This document shows positions 29,018-38,945 of a DNA stretch of 64,000 bases, piece by piece. Each line of letters begins with the position of its first letter. Position 1 is the stretch's first letter. The stretch is taken from contig CAYUAG010000003.1 of assembly GCA_964442615.1 (NCBI GenBank), forward strand, positions 2,346 to 66,345, in the 5' to 3' direction. Both the position numbers and the translations under genes were made by a program. The DNA comes from an uncultured bacterium (lineage in GTDB: Bacteria > Zhuqueibacterota > QNDG01 > CAYUAG01). A model generated the notes under the pieces. That model was not told the origin of the DNA and did no database searches. It was given only the letters and a program-made list of their open reading frames with translations.

Positions 29018-30667
29018 CTAATTAAGATTAACATTCAGTTTTGTTAAATTTAAGTCAATTTTTTTAACCGATAGATTTTCAAAAAGTTTCCATAAGCTTA
29101 TAATAGCTATTTGACCAATTAACCAGAAAGGAAAGTTGTTAAAAATAAAAGTATATAGCAATGCAAACAGACCAAAAACTGGTCCTACAAAAATGATAAA
29201 TGTAAATCTACGTATCCTTTCACCTTTTTGTCTTTTTTCAGAAAAAGGATAGGTATTTATTTGAAAAGAGACAATAGCATTTAAAAGTAAACAAAACAAT
29301 AGCAGTGATATTAAAAAATGCAGTACATGTAAAATTGGTATGTATATTGAATAAATAACGCCAAGTATGAGAAAAAATGGAAGAATATAGCGGATGAAAA
29401 TAGCACATTTTACACCCTGATAAAATTTACCTGGTGATACAATCGGGGTTATAAAAAATATCCATGATGCTTCCCAATCATTACTATATTTCATAAGCAT
29501 GGTTATGGAATACATCATCATAAAGATGAATACTATGAAAATAGGGATTCCCTTACCTGGGAATAAACCATGAATTATTGGATCTTTAAATTCATTCTCC
29601 AAGATTGCTAGTCCAAGTAAAGCTATGGGGATACCTAATAGAGGATAAACACCCATTTTTATTGATCTGTCGTTTTTACACATAGCAGTAGTTAAATCAA
29701 AACCAGCGGTTACCTCCGTATTCTTCAAGAAATTGCGAATAAATCTTAAGATAAAATTTCTTCCTTTGGATACTATTTTTTTTGTTTTACCTGATGGATT
29801 TGAAATAGTTTCAGCATTAATATTCGCAATCAAACCTGCATACTGAAGAGATATTTTTTTGAATGAAAAAAGAATGAATATAATTGAAATACAAATTCCA
29901 ATCAATGCTAAGTGGAAATGTATGTTTGAGGCCTGAGCATGGAACATGTGGATAATTCCAGAAAACCAAGCAGGTGGAATTATGTAATACCAGGTTTGGA
30001 GATTTTTTTCTCCTCTTATAAATATTTCACTACTCAGTCTTGGAATAATTTGATAAAAAAGAAAAAGAACAAGACTAAAACCAATCTGAAGATAAGCGAT
30101 TAGATCCTTGAATTTTTGATAGTTTATTTTTCGCAGAAGCAGTGTATAAATGAGTACAATAAATGATGCAGTAGTAATATTAGCAATATAACTTACAGGT
30201 ATAAAAATTATGGGAAAAAACAGATTGTTTCCTTGTACCCCAATCCCAAGTAAGGCTGGAAGTATACTCATGGCAGATGTTATTAGCATAATATAGAATA
30301 ACAGATTAAAAAGTTTGGCCAGAAAATAGGTTTTGGAATTTATTGGTCTGTGGATTAAAATATCCCAATCATCTGGATTGAGTATTGAATTACCAAATTC
30401 TAAAATTATACAAAAACCGCTCATCATCATTGTATAGGTTATAATAAGCATGGAATAGATAAAAGGATTAACTTTAGTTATTAGATTACCAGCTAAAATT
30501 AATCCCATACCAGCATAAAAAATGAGGCTTGATAATAAGGGAGAAATTTTTTTATGTCTACCTCTAATCCCTTTATTTTCTCTTAGCTCAATTTTCACAC
30601 TAGTTGTCAGAAGAGTTTTAAATTGAAGCCAATCAATACCAAGGTGATCAAAAAAATATTTAATCAT
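29018..30667 (-). CDS. Polytopic membrane protein of unknown family, probable permease partner of the upstream ABC ATPase
   Basis: 549 aa, at least 12 hydrophobic helices. Start overlaps the ATPase stop (TAATG). No recognisable motif. Confidence 0.45.
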   Translation of the reverse strand: MIKYFFDHLGIDWLQFKTLLTTSVKIELRENKGIRGRHKKISPLLSSLIFYAGMGLILAGNLITKVNPFIYSMLIITYTMMMSGFCIILEFGNSILNPDDWDILIHRPINSKTYFLAKLFNLLFYIMLITSAMSILPALLGIGVQGNNLFFPIIFIPVSYIANITTASFIVLIYTLLLRKINYQKFKDLIAYLQIGFSLVLFLFYQIIPRLSSEIFIRGEKNLQTWYYIIPPAWFSGIIHMFHAQASNIHFHLALIGICISIIFILFSFKKISLQYAGLIANINAETISNPSGKTKKIVSKGRNFILRFIRNFLKNTEVTAGFDLTTAMCKNDRSIKMGVYPLLGIPIALLGLAILENEFKDPIIHGLFPGKGIPIFIVFIFMMMYSITMLMKYSNDWEASWIFFITPIVSPGKFYQGVKCAIFIRYILPFFLILGVIYSIYIPILHVLHFLISLLLFCLLLNAIVSFQINTYPFSEKRQKGERIRRFTFIIFVGPVFGLFALLYTFIFNNFPFWLIGQIAIISLWKLFENLSVKKIDLNLTKLNVNLN

Positions 30668-31443
30668 TACTTATCATCCTCACCTGTGATACTTTGGGAG
30701 AATGCTTTGGCAAGCTCAAGCATATCTTCTGTATGGATTAAGCGGCTGAAAACTCCTTCCAGAGAAGAACGTTTTGTCATAGATTTTAGTTCATCAACAG
30801 AACCATCTGCAACAATTTTTCCTTCTGAAATGATGATAACTCTGTCACACAGATGTTCAACCACTTCCAGGATATGTGAACAATAGAAAATAGTTTTTCC
30901 TTCATTTGCCAGATTTCGCAGCAATTGTTTTAGCATTAATGCGGTATTAGCGTCAAGTCCGGTTAAAGGTTCATCCAAAAATATTACTTGGGGATTATGA
31001 ATTAAAGCTGCAGATATAACCACCTTTTGTTTCATTCCTTTTGAAAATTCATTCATTCTTTTATGAGTGTATTTTTTTAAAGTAAAGAATTCAATAAATT
31101 TTTTAATTCTTTTTTCTATCATTTCGTCACTCATATGGTAAAGTCTGCCTACAAATTGAAGATATTCAAAAGGAGTAAGACTTTTGTATAGAGCTCCAGA
31201 CTCAGGTACATATCCGATACGTCTTTTTACTTCCGTTTTATTTTGAATAATATCATAATTACAAATTGACGCTGTACCTGCAGAAGGTGGAAGTATACCT
31301 GTGAGCATTTTGACTGTGGTTGTTTTGCCAGCACCATTGGGACCAAGGTAACCGCATATTTGTCCTTGTGGAATTGTAAAGCTTATATTATCTACAGCAG
31401 TAAAATTTCCAAAGTGACGAGTAAGATTATAAAGTTGTATCAT
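30667..31443 (-). CDS. ABC transporter ATP-binding protein
   Basis: Walker A GPNGAGKTT, signature FSKGMKQK, Walker B VIFLDEPLTGLD, H-loop. Confidence 0.8.
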   Translation of the reverse strand: MIQLYNLTRHFGNFTAVDNISFTIPQGQICGYLGPNGAGKTTTVKMLTGILPPSAGTASICNYDIIQNKTEVKRRIGYVPESGALYKSLTPFEYLQFVGRLYHMSDEMIEKRIKKFIEFFTLKKYTHKRMNEFSKGMKQKVVISAALIHNPQVIFLDEPLTGLDANTALMLKQLLRNLANEGKTIFYCSHILEVVEHLCDRVIIISEGKIVADGSVDELKSMTKRSSLEGVFSRLIHTEDMLELAKAFSQSITGEDDK

Positions 31444-31539
31444 TCCTAATCCTTCTTTAATTTCTGAAAGAGAATAGATTTGGTCACAGTAGGATTTACC
31501 TTTTTTTATAGATGTTTAATATTGTAATACTATTGTACA

Positions 31540-32697
31540 TTACCGATAAAATTTTAAACTATTTAAGTCATTATGTCTTTCTTTGGCAAGTTCAATTAAC
31601 TGAGTAATAAGTTCGGAGTATGAGATACCGGATATTTCCCAAAGTTTTGGATACATGCTTATAGGAGTAAATCCAGGGATTGTATTGACCTCACTCACAT
31701 AAAGATGGTTTGTTTTTTTCTCTAAGAGAAAGTCTACTCTGGACATACCTGAACAATCAAGAGCTTTAAATGCTTTTATAGCCAAGGTTTTAATTTTAGC
31801 TGCGGTTTTTTCTGGTATATCAGCAGGTATAACTAGTTCAGTGGAATCGTCAATATACTTAGCTTTATAATCATAAAATTCTTTGGAAGGTATAATTTCA
31901 CCAATCGAAGAGGATTTAGGCTTATCATTACCTAAAACACTGCATTCCAATTCTCTTGCATTGATATATTTTTCTACTAAAATTTTTCTATCATAACAGC
32001 AGGCTTCATCAACAAAGGTAGAGAACTCATCCTTTGTATGAGCTTTTAAAACTCCTACACTTGAACCTGAATTTGCAGGTTTAATAAAACAGGGAAAACC
32101 AATCTCTTTTTCTACTCCTTGTTTGATAACATGAGAAGAGTGTTTCCATGATTTTCGAAGAAACCATATGAAATCAACACTTGGAATGTCATTTTGAAAA
32201 AATAATTGTTTAGCAATAATTTTATCCATTGCTACAGCAGAGGCAAGAACGTCGCATCCGACAAAAGGGAGGTCTGCCATTTTCAACAAACCCTGAATAG
32301 TGCCATCTTCTCCAAAACTCCCATGAAGTATAGGGAAAACAACATCAACAGGTTCAATAAATGAGTTTACAGAGCAATTATTCTTCTTACCTGTGTTGAT
32401 TCGAATTAATCCAGGAGAGCTTGTATCTCCTATAACTATTTGGGTAGTGGGATTTTTTTTTAAATCTTTAATGGATTGTAAGGTGTTAACATTATCAAAG
32501 AGAAGCCAGTTACCTTCTTTGGTTATTTTTACAGGAAGTAGGTCAAATTTTTTTCTTTCTATGTTTTTTATTATTCCAACTGCTGAAGTAAGTGAGACCT
32601 CATGCTCAACAGATCGTCCTCCAAAAATTAAAGCAACGCGTGTTTTTTTTGCTAAGGGCATGGTATGCGTCCTCCTTATCTGAGCATAAGATAACAA
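31540..32697 (-). CDS. ddl: D-alanine--D-alanine ligase
   Basis: N-terminal RVALIFGGRSVEHEVSLTSA and ATP-grasp C-terminal blocks (SGSSVGV, EVNTIPGFT). Confidence 0.85.
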   Translation of the reverse strand: MLSYAQIRRTHTMPLAKKTRVALIFGGRSVEHEVSLTSAVGIIKNIERKKFDLLPVKITKEGNWLLFDNVNTLQSIKDLKKNPTTQIVIGDTSSPGLIRINTGKKNNCSVNSFIEPVDVVFPILHGSFGEDGTIQGLLKMADLPFVGCDVLASAVAMDKIIAKQLFFQNDIPSVDFIWFLRKSWKHSSHVIKQGVEKEIGFPCFIKPANSGSSVGVLKAHTKDEFSTFVDEACCYDRKILVEKYINARELECSVLGNDKPKSSSIGEIIPSKEFYDYKAKYIDDSTELVIPADIPEKTAAKIKTLAIKAFKALDCSGMSRVDFLLEKKTNHLYVSEVNTIPGFTPISMYPKLWEISGISYSELITQLIELAKERHNDLNSLKFYR

Positions 32698-32774
32698 GTT
32701 GATCAGAATTTAGCAACTATTTTTGTTTTTATATTAAAATGAAATATTTTGCATTGTTACTTTTTTATTACTTT

Positions 32775-35432
32775 TCAATAATTTAAAAATTGTGGAGATG
32801 AAAAAGCTCTTCTTCCAGTACCTTTTTCATATTTAATATCCTGAAGCATGGAAGCTTTAACATTGATTTTAAAATAGAAGTGTTTATATACTCCAATAGG
32901 TGACCAGACGAATCGTGCTTCCCAACAGTGGAGGTCACGATAAAAGACGAGATCTTGACTCATCATTTTCCCCTTTTCAAAATCATACCTGGCATTATAG
33001 GTAATTTTCCAGTTTCTGGTCAGATTAAAATTTAAATTTGTGTTCATATAGAAAGTTTTATTTGGATTCAGGGGATTTATTTTAGTGTGGCTGTATCTAA
33101 GAGAAACATTCATATTCCAAGGAATATCGAAGTTTGATATGTTACTGTTCATCTCATACTGATCATCAGTAAAATTGTTTATTCCCAGATTTTGGTTTTG
33201 AATTGTAGTTTCTGGAAAAGAGCTTTCATCTTGCTTAGTCCCCCCTTGACCTGACTTAAGTTTTCCTTGTAGTTGTAAACTAATATTAATATTAAACCGT
33301 GTTTGTCTTAGTAATTGAGTGTTAAAAATGCTTAGAGGTTTTTTCCAGTTTATATCGTCAATATACATGGATTCGATCCTACTTCCTTCTGCATCTGTTT
33401 TATAAAGAGAATAGGTGGTGTTCATACTTATATTAAGATTGTGAGTTGGACTTGCATTAATGGAAGAGTTTATATCACTCATGGGAAATTGTTTTGCTTT
33501 CCAGTTATAACTGGTGGAGATATTCCATCTGAAAAGATCAAATTTTTTTGTACTATCCGGTTTACCTGTTTTCATCTGAAAAACGTTCCTTATACTGAGG
33601 GAAATGGCTCTTTGTTCTCCGGAAGGAGTCGATCCATAGAATCTTCCTGAAAATCTGTCATATTTTTGTTTTTCACCAAGTGAATCCATGACTGTCTGAT
33701 AGTAACCCCATTTTTCATCAGAGAAATCCGGACGATAATTATAAGAAAGGCTGGGTGTTACAACATGTCTGAAACTAGTATTCTTTAGAAAAAAAGGATT
33801 AAATGTTCCGTACAGTTTTGTACTAAAAGAGGATGAGAATCTGAAAGTTCGAAGAGCGTAGAAACCCTCTTTTTCTTTAGAATCTATAGTGTTGGTTTCA
33901 GGATCAAGAAAATATTCTTTCTGCTTAGCATACCAGGTTTCATCATAGTTAATATGTGGACTCCAGGTAAGATAATTAAAAAGTTTTTGTGGACTTGAAA
34001 TGCTTACATTGTGGTCCCATCCCATGTCCTGAGTGGTTTTAAAGGTTGAATCACCTTGCAGTACCTTTTTTCTTTTATATTGAGCTTCTGATGAATAAGA
34101 GAAATTTATATTATGAAACCATTTAATGTTTTCCTTGTCTTCCGGTCTTTTAAAGATCGGAGATGTTCCGCCCCGGAAAGATATTCTAGGCAAGGTTTCA
34201 TCCAATTCGTCAGTAGTTAAATTCCGGGTTTGATTAAGATTAACAGTAATATTTTTTGAACCACTCAGATTTTTTCTTAAGGTAGCATTGGAGCGTATTG
34301 TATTTTTTAGCCTTAAATTTCTATCGGAGCTGAGTTCCTTATACAAATTACCATCACTTACAAAGGAACCATTTATATTCAGGGAGAGAGTAGGTGATAT
34401 TGTCTGAGAATGATTAATACCTAAATCCCATCTTCTCTGTTTCAGACCGGAAATTTTGAAATTTTTTCTTGTCCAGGAACCGGAAACAGAACCTCTCATG
34501 TTATAACGTATATTATAATTTAAACGACTTTTAAGAATAATACCACTTTTTTCAAAATAATCTAAAGTAGTCTTAACATCCCAATATTCACTTGCAGCCC
34601 AGTAATAACCAAAACCGCTAAGATACCGTCCTTGAAGGCTGCTTTCTCCATAACGAGGTATGATCAAACCGGATTTTCTTCCTTTACGTATGGGAAAATA
34701 GAGAAATGGCAGAGCAGCAACAGGAATATTTCCAATGAACATTACAAGGGGCTTGGCAAATACTTTTTTATTTACATCTATTCTCATTTTTTTTGCCCAA
34801 AAATGAAAATGAGGATCCTCTTGATCACAAGTAGTAAATTGAGCATCTGCAATAAACAAAACTTTTGGTTTTACCATCTTTAAAGTATTACCTCGATAAA
34901 AGCCTCTTTCATACTCAGTTTTTCCTTTTATTACTCGTCCTTTTTTAGTTTTAAAATTAAAATCCATCTTTTCACCCTTCATCACATCACCCGCTTCTGA
35001 GAATTCTGGAAGACCAATCCATTTTTCAGTCTTAACAGAATCTCCAGTTTCTTTATCTTTTATCCATACTGAATCTATTCTGCCTTGTGCATGCATAAGA
35101 TTTTTATCCCAATCAACTGTAATTATTTCCGCTTTTAATATAATATCTTCATAGGTGATTTTAGCTTTTCCTGTAAGAATAGTATTTTTGTTGTCTACAG
35201 AATTATAAATTTCTTCAGCCTCATATTCTATAGGAGATTGAATACTACTTTGGGTATCATTGATATCAGCATGTAATGAGTCGAGTTGAAGAGTATCAGG
35301 TTGGACTGTAATCTCCAAAGTGTCAGCTTTAGTAGAATCAGGTTGGTTAATGGGCTGATTTTGACCCAATAGACACAAAGAATAGGATAGGATAAAAAAA
35401 AATATAAAAATATTTTTTAAATAATACATCAT
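32775..35432 (-). CDS. lptD: LPS-assembly outer membrane protein LptD-like (OstA N-terminal domain + large beta-barrel)
   Basis: Signal peptide. OstA_N-like block (AEEIYNSVDNKNTILTGKAKITYEDIILKAEIITVDWDKNLMHAQG). 885 aa with alternating beta-strand-like segments and a C-terminal aromatic residue (..NY). Confidence 0.55.
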   Translation of the reverse strand: MMYYLKNIFIFFFILSYSLCLLGQNQPINQPDSTKADTLEITVQPDTLQLDSLHADINDTQSSIQSPIEYEAEEIYNSVDNKNTILTGKAKITYEDIILKAEIITVDWDKNLMHAQGRIDSVWIKDKETGDSVKTEKWIGLPEFSEAGDVMKGEKMDFNFKTKKGRVIKGKTEYERGFYRGNTLKMVKPKVLFIADAQFTTCDQEDPHFHFWAKKMRIDVNKKVFAKPLVMFIGNIPVAALPFLYFPIRKGRKSGLIIPRYGESSLQGRYLSGFGYYWAASEYWDVKTTLDYFEKSGIILKSRLNYNIRYNMRGSVSGSWTRKNFKISGLKQRRWDLGINHSQTISPTLSLNINGSFVSDGNLYKELSSDRNLRLKNTIRSNATLRKNLSGSKNITVNLNQTRNLTTDELDETLPRISFRGGTSPIFKRPEDKENIKWFHNINFSYSSEAQYKRKKVLQGDSTFKTTQDMGWDHNVSISSPQKLFNYLTWSPHINYDETWYAKQKEYFLDPETNTIDSKEKEGFYALRTFRFSSSFSTKLYGTFNPFFLKNTSFRHVVTPSLSYNYRPDFSDEKWGYYQTVMDSLGEKQKYDRFSGRFYGSTPSGEQRAISLSIRNVFQMKTGKPDSTKKFDLFRWNISTSYNWKAKQFPMSDINSSINASPTHNLNISMNTTYSLYKTDAEGSRIESMYIDDINWKKPLSIFNTQLLRQTRFNINISLQLQGKLKSGQGGTKQDESSFPETTIQNQNLGINNFTDDQYEMNSNISNFDIPWNMNVSLRYSHTKINPLNPNKTFYMNTNLNFNLTRNWKITYNARYDFEKGKMMSQDLVFYRDLHCWEARFVWSPIGVYKHFYFKINVKASMLQDIKYEKGTGRRAFSSPQFLNY

Positions 35433-35559
35433 TTATAACATTAATTATTATTGATAATATATACGTCTTATTGTTTTATATGTTACTTTATTTATTAATA
35501 AGAGTTATGCATATGAAAAGAATATTTGATCAGCTTGGATAATTAAACATTATATCATA

Positions 35560-36519
35560 TCACTGATTCTCAACTTCTAATCTTGCCTGATAAGCTGCTC
35601 CAATAAGACCTGCTTTATTACCAAGTTTTGCAGGAACTATTTTTACTATATTTCCAGGATCTTTAAGAGAATATTCCTTCACTGCCTTTCGAGCAGGTTC
35701 CAGTATTAAATCTCCTGCTTTGGCAATACCACCACCAACTACTATCATCTCAAGATTTAAAAGATTAATAACTCCAGCCAGACCAACTCCGAGATAAAAT
35801 CCAGCTTGCTTGAGAGTCTCAGCCGCAGCTTTGTCTCCTTTTTTTGCTGCTTCACTGATATGTTTGGGAGTCAGTTCCTCATCACCTGTTTCTTTTAATA
35901 TGGATTTCATTCCAGCTTTGGTGATTTCCTTGAATGTCCGTATTATTCCGTTTGTTCCTGCATACGCTTCTACACATCCCAGGTTACCGCAGCTACATTT
36001 CGGTCCTTGAGGATTTATAATGAGATGTCCGAATTCTCCACCAAAGCCCTTTGATCCGTGATAAACTTCACCCCTTAAAATCAATCCGCTCCCTATTCCA
36101 GTGCCAAGTGTAATCATCATCATTTCTGAGACTTTTTTGCCGGCCCCATAGGTGAACTCCCCCAGGGCAGCCAGGTTGGCATCATTGTCCCATACAATAG
36201 GTAAATCAAGATATGATTTTAGCTTGGAAGGTACATCAATATTTTTGAATGCTGGAAGATTAGGTGAGTTAAGGAGAATTCCTTTTTCAGAATCAATTTG
36301 GCCGGGAATTCCCAGACCTATTCCTGCTATATCAGGGTTTTGTTTAACTGAATTGCCAAGCTGTTTTACTAAATTTGATATTCTGGCTAATACGTAATCA
36401 ACACCTTTTTCTACTTCAGTTGAGATAGTTTTTTCATTAATAATAGAGCCTTTACTATCAACACTTCCTCCTTTAATATCAGTACCGCCTATATCAATCC
36501 CTATGAATATTTTTTCCAT
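35560..36519 (-). CDS. ROK-family glucokinase
   Basis: IGIDIGGTDIKGG ATP-binding N-terminus. ROK zinc motif CSCGNLGCVEAYAG. Confidence 0.8.
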   Translation of the reverse strand: MEKIFIGIDIGGTDIKGGSVDSKGSIINEKTISTEVEKGVDYVLARISNLVKQLGNSVKQNPDIAGIGLGIPGQIDSEKGILLNSPNLPAFKNIDVPSKLKSYLDLPIVWDNDANLAALGEFTYGAGKKVSEMMMITLGTGIGSGLILRGEVYHGSKGFGGEFGHLIINPQGPKCSCGNLGCVEAYAGTNGIIRTFKEITKAGMKSILKETGDEELTPKHISEAAKKGDKAAAETLKQAGFYLGVGLAGVINLLNLEMIVVGGGIAKAGDLILEPARKAVKEYSLKDPGNIVKIVPAKLGNKAGLIGAAYQARLEVENQ

Positions 36520-36568
36520 ATGAACTCTCTCTTCCTGGTAAATTTTTTAACAACAATACTTCCTTTTT

Positions 36569-37909
36569 TCACCTTTTTTTATTGTTTTTTGGATTTCTTT
36601 TACTCCACAATCTATCCAATCTGTTTTTGATTTTTTTTTCTTTACCGATATTTTTTGGTTTATAGAAAATACAGTCTTTAAATTTTTCCGGCAAAAAATC
36701 CTGCTCTATAAATCCCTCTTCATAATCATGAGCATATTTATACCCTTTTCCGTAATCCATTTCTTTCATAAGGTGAGTGGGTGCATTTCTAAGATGAAGG
36801 GGTACAGGTTCCAGAGAAGTGTTCCTCACCATCTCTTGGGCTTCTTGTATTGCCAGGTAGGAGGCATTGCTTTTGGGTGCAGAAGCAAGATAGGTTGCAG
36901 TCTGGGAAAGTACTATTCTGGCCTCAGGCATTCCGATTGCATGAACTGCCTGAAAAGCGGAATTTGCAATAATGATACCAGCAGGATCGGCATTTCCAAT
37001 ATCCTCGGAAGCAAGAACAATCAGTCTTCTGGCAATAAAGAGGGGATCTTCACCTGCTTCCAGCATTCGTGCCAGCCAGTAGACAGCTCCATCCGGATCA
37101 GATCCGCGGATGGATTTTATAAAAGCTGAAATGGTGTCGTAATGGTAGTCACCTTTTTTATCATAGGAAATCACTCTTTTCTGAAGGATTTGTTTGATGT
37201 GTTCCTGAGTTATTAGCCGTTTTCCATTTTTTTCTTTTGCAGTCTGAATAGCGAGCTCCAGAGTGTTTAAAGCCCGTCTGGCATCACCGTCAGCATAGGT
37301 CACTATGACTTTTTTTATTTTTTGGGATAGCTCTGGATGCAAGCTTTTTAACCTCTGATCTTTTTGTAAGGCTTTTTCAATGATTTTTTCAATATTTTCT
37401 TTGGTGAGAGAATGTAACTGGTAAACTCGGCAACGTGAGATCAGAGGTGAGATTACTTCAAAAGAAGGATTTTCTGTGGTTGCTCCAATGAGAACTAAGG
37501 TTCCGTCTTCAACTGAATGGAGCAAAGCATCCTGCTGGGCCTTGTTGAATCTATGGATTTCATCTATAAACAGAATGGTCTTCTTACCCTGATCTTCCAG
37601 TTCAGCTTCTGCTTTTTCCATAATTTTCCGTACATCCTTGAGACCGGCCTGGACCGCACTTATCTGAAAAAAGTTGGATTTTGTTTCCTGAGATATTATC
37701 CGGGCCAGGGTGGTTTTTCCAACTCCGGGAGGCCCCCAGAAGATCAAAGATGGCAGCTCCTTGCTGTGTATTATTTCTCTTAAGATCTTTCCTTTATCTA
37801 CCAGATGATCCTGGCCTACAAAATCATTTAAAGATTGGGGACGAACTCTATCTGCCAGAGGTGCAGTATTTCTTTTGTTTTCCATCCTCTGCTTATCAAA
37901 TAAATCCAT
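36569..37909 (-). CDS. rarA: Replication-associated recombination protein A (AAA+ ATPase MgsA/RarA)
   Basis: Walker A GPPGVGKTTLARIIS, Walker B ILFIDEIHRFNKAQQD. The C-terminal MgsA-specific region is present. Confidence 0.9.
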   Translation of the reverse strand: MDLFDKQRMENKRNTAPLADRVRPQSLNDFVGQDHLVDKGKILREIIHSKELPSLIFWGPPGVGKTTLARIISQETKSNFFQISAVQAGLKDVRKIMEKAEAELEDQGKKTILFIDEIHRFNKAQQDALLHSVEDGTLVLIGATTENPSFEVISPLISRCRVYQLHSLTKENIEKIIEKALQKDQRLKSLHPELSQKIKKVIVTYADGDARRALNTLELAIQTAKEKNGKRLITQEHIKQILQKRVISYDKKGDYHYDTISAFIKSIRGSDPDGAVYWLARMLEAGEDPLFIARRLIVLASEDIGNADPAGIIIANSAFQAVHAIGMPEARIVLSQTATYLASAPKSNASYLAIQEAQEMVRNTSLEPVPLHLRNAPTHLMKEMDYGKGYKYAHDYEEGFIEQDFLPEKFKDCIFYKPKNIGKEKKIKNRLDRLWSKRNPKNNKKR

Positions 37910-38249
37910 GCTTAAAATTTAAAGGAATCAGGGGGTAAAGTCAAATAAATTATTAATTCAAGAAAGTAGAAAGAGAATATAAAGGTATTTAGTCATAAAG
38001 TAATTTTTTAACTTCCGCAGGCATATATTCCCTAGTCAGTGGCAAATATCTTCCGTCAAGGACAGTGGATACCCTGATTAGAGAAGTTTTTTAATCTTTT
38101 ACTGGTTAGAGCTGATCCCTCATTGCCGGAAAATATAATATCAATCAGAAAGAAAGTTATCCTGTTGAATTGTTTCTGTATTGTTTTTTGATCGGAATAA
38201 TTATATAATAGTTAAAGACAATATTTTTAAAAGTTAGAGGTGTAACTCA

Positions 38250-38726
38250 ATGAAAGCATTGATAGTGTATGATTCGTATTTTGGTAATACAGAGCAGGTA
38301 GCGCAGGCGATTGCTACTGCCCTTGGTTCATCAAAAGATGTCGGTATACTCCGGGTAGGCAAGGTCAAATCGGAACAGTTGAAAGGTCTGAAGTTACTCA
38401 TTGTCGGTTCTCCCACCCGGGCCTTTAATCCAACCACTGCACTTAAAAATTTTCTCAGAAGTGTTCCCAAGAATAGTTTAAATGGTGTCAGGGTTGCCGC
38501 TTTTGATACCAGAATTTCTCAGGATGAGATTAATTCAGGTATAATATCCTTTCTGGTAAAACTTTTTGGCTATGCTGCCAAACCCATTGCAGGCAAACTG
38601 AAGAAAAAGGGAGGGGAACTGGTAGTTTCTCCGGAGGGATTTTTTGTACAAGATACAGAAGGTCCATTAAAGGAAGGTGAGCTTGAAAGGGCGGCTAAAT
38701 GGGCTGAGCAAATAATATCAGCGTAA
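38250..38726 (+). CDS. Flavodoxin-like protein
   Basis: MKALIVYDSYFGNTEQVAQAIA is the flavodoxin FMN-phosphate-binding N-terminus. 158 aa. Confidence 0.7.
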   Translation: MKALIVYDSYFGNTEQVAQAIATALGSSKDVGILRVGKVKSEQLKGLKLLIVGSPTRAFNPTTALKNFLRSVPKNSLNGVRVAAFDTRISQDEINSGIISFLVKLFGYAAKPIAGKLKKKGGELVVSPEGFFVQDTEGPLKEGELERAAKWAEQIISA

Positions 38727-38815
38727 TGAAATTGGTCTACAATTTTTTGTTTTCTCAGGATTTCCATTCCGCTCTTTTTACAAGCCATAGTTCAGTAATT
38801 TATAAATATGAAAAA

Positions 38816-38842
38816 CCTTCCAGGTTTTTGAAGCCTGGAAGG
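38816..38842 (-). terminator. Putative rho-independent terminator for the minus-strand gatE-gatD operon
   Basis: CCTTCCAGG-TTTTTGAAG-CCTGGAAGG perfect 9-bp stem. On the minus strand it is followed by UUUUUCAUAUUU. Lies 104 nt downstream of the gatD stop, between convergent genes. Confidence 0.4.
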
Positions 38843-38945
38843 ATTAGATAACCGCAGTCAGGGACTGCTGCTACCCGTAGTTATGATTTTTTTTTATGGT
38901 TCGAGGCGGTCCTTAACCGCTGATTAATAGTCAGGAATATTTATT

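Noticed and set aside
38880-38945. GCGGTCCTTAACCGC mini-hairpin after the gatD stop
   Set aside because: The stem is only 5 bp and is flanked by an A-run rather than a U-run on the relevant strand. The stronger 9-bp hairpin at 38816-38842 better explains termination.
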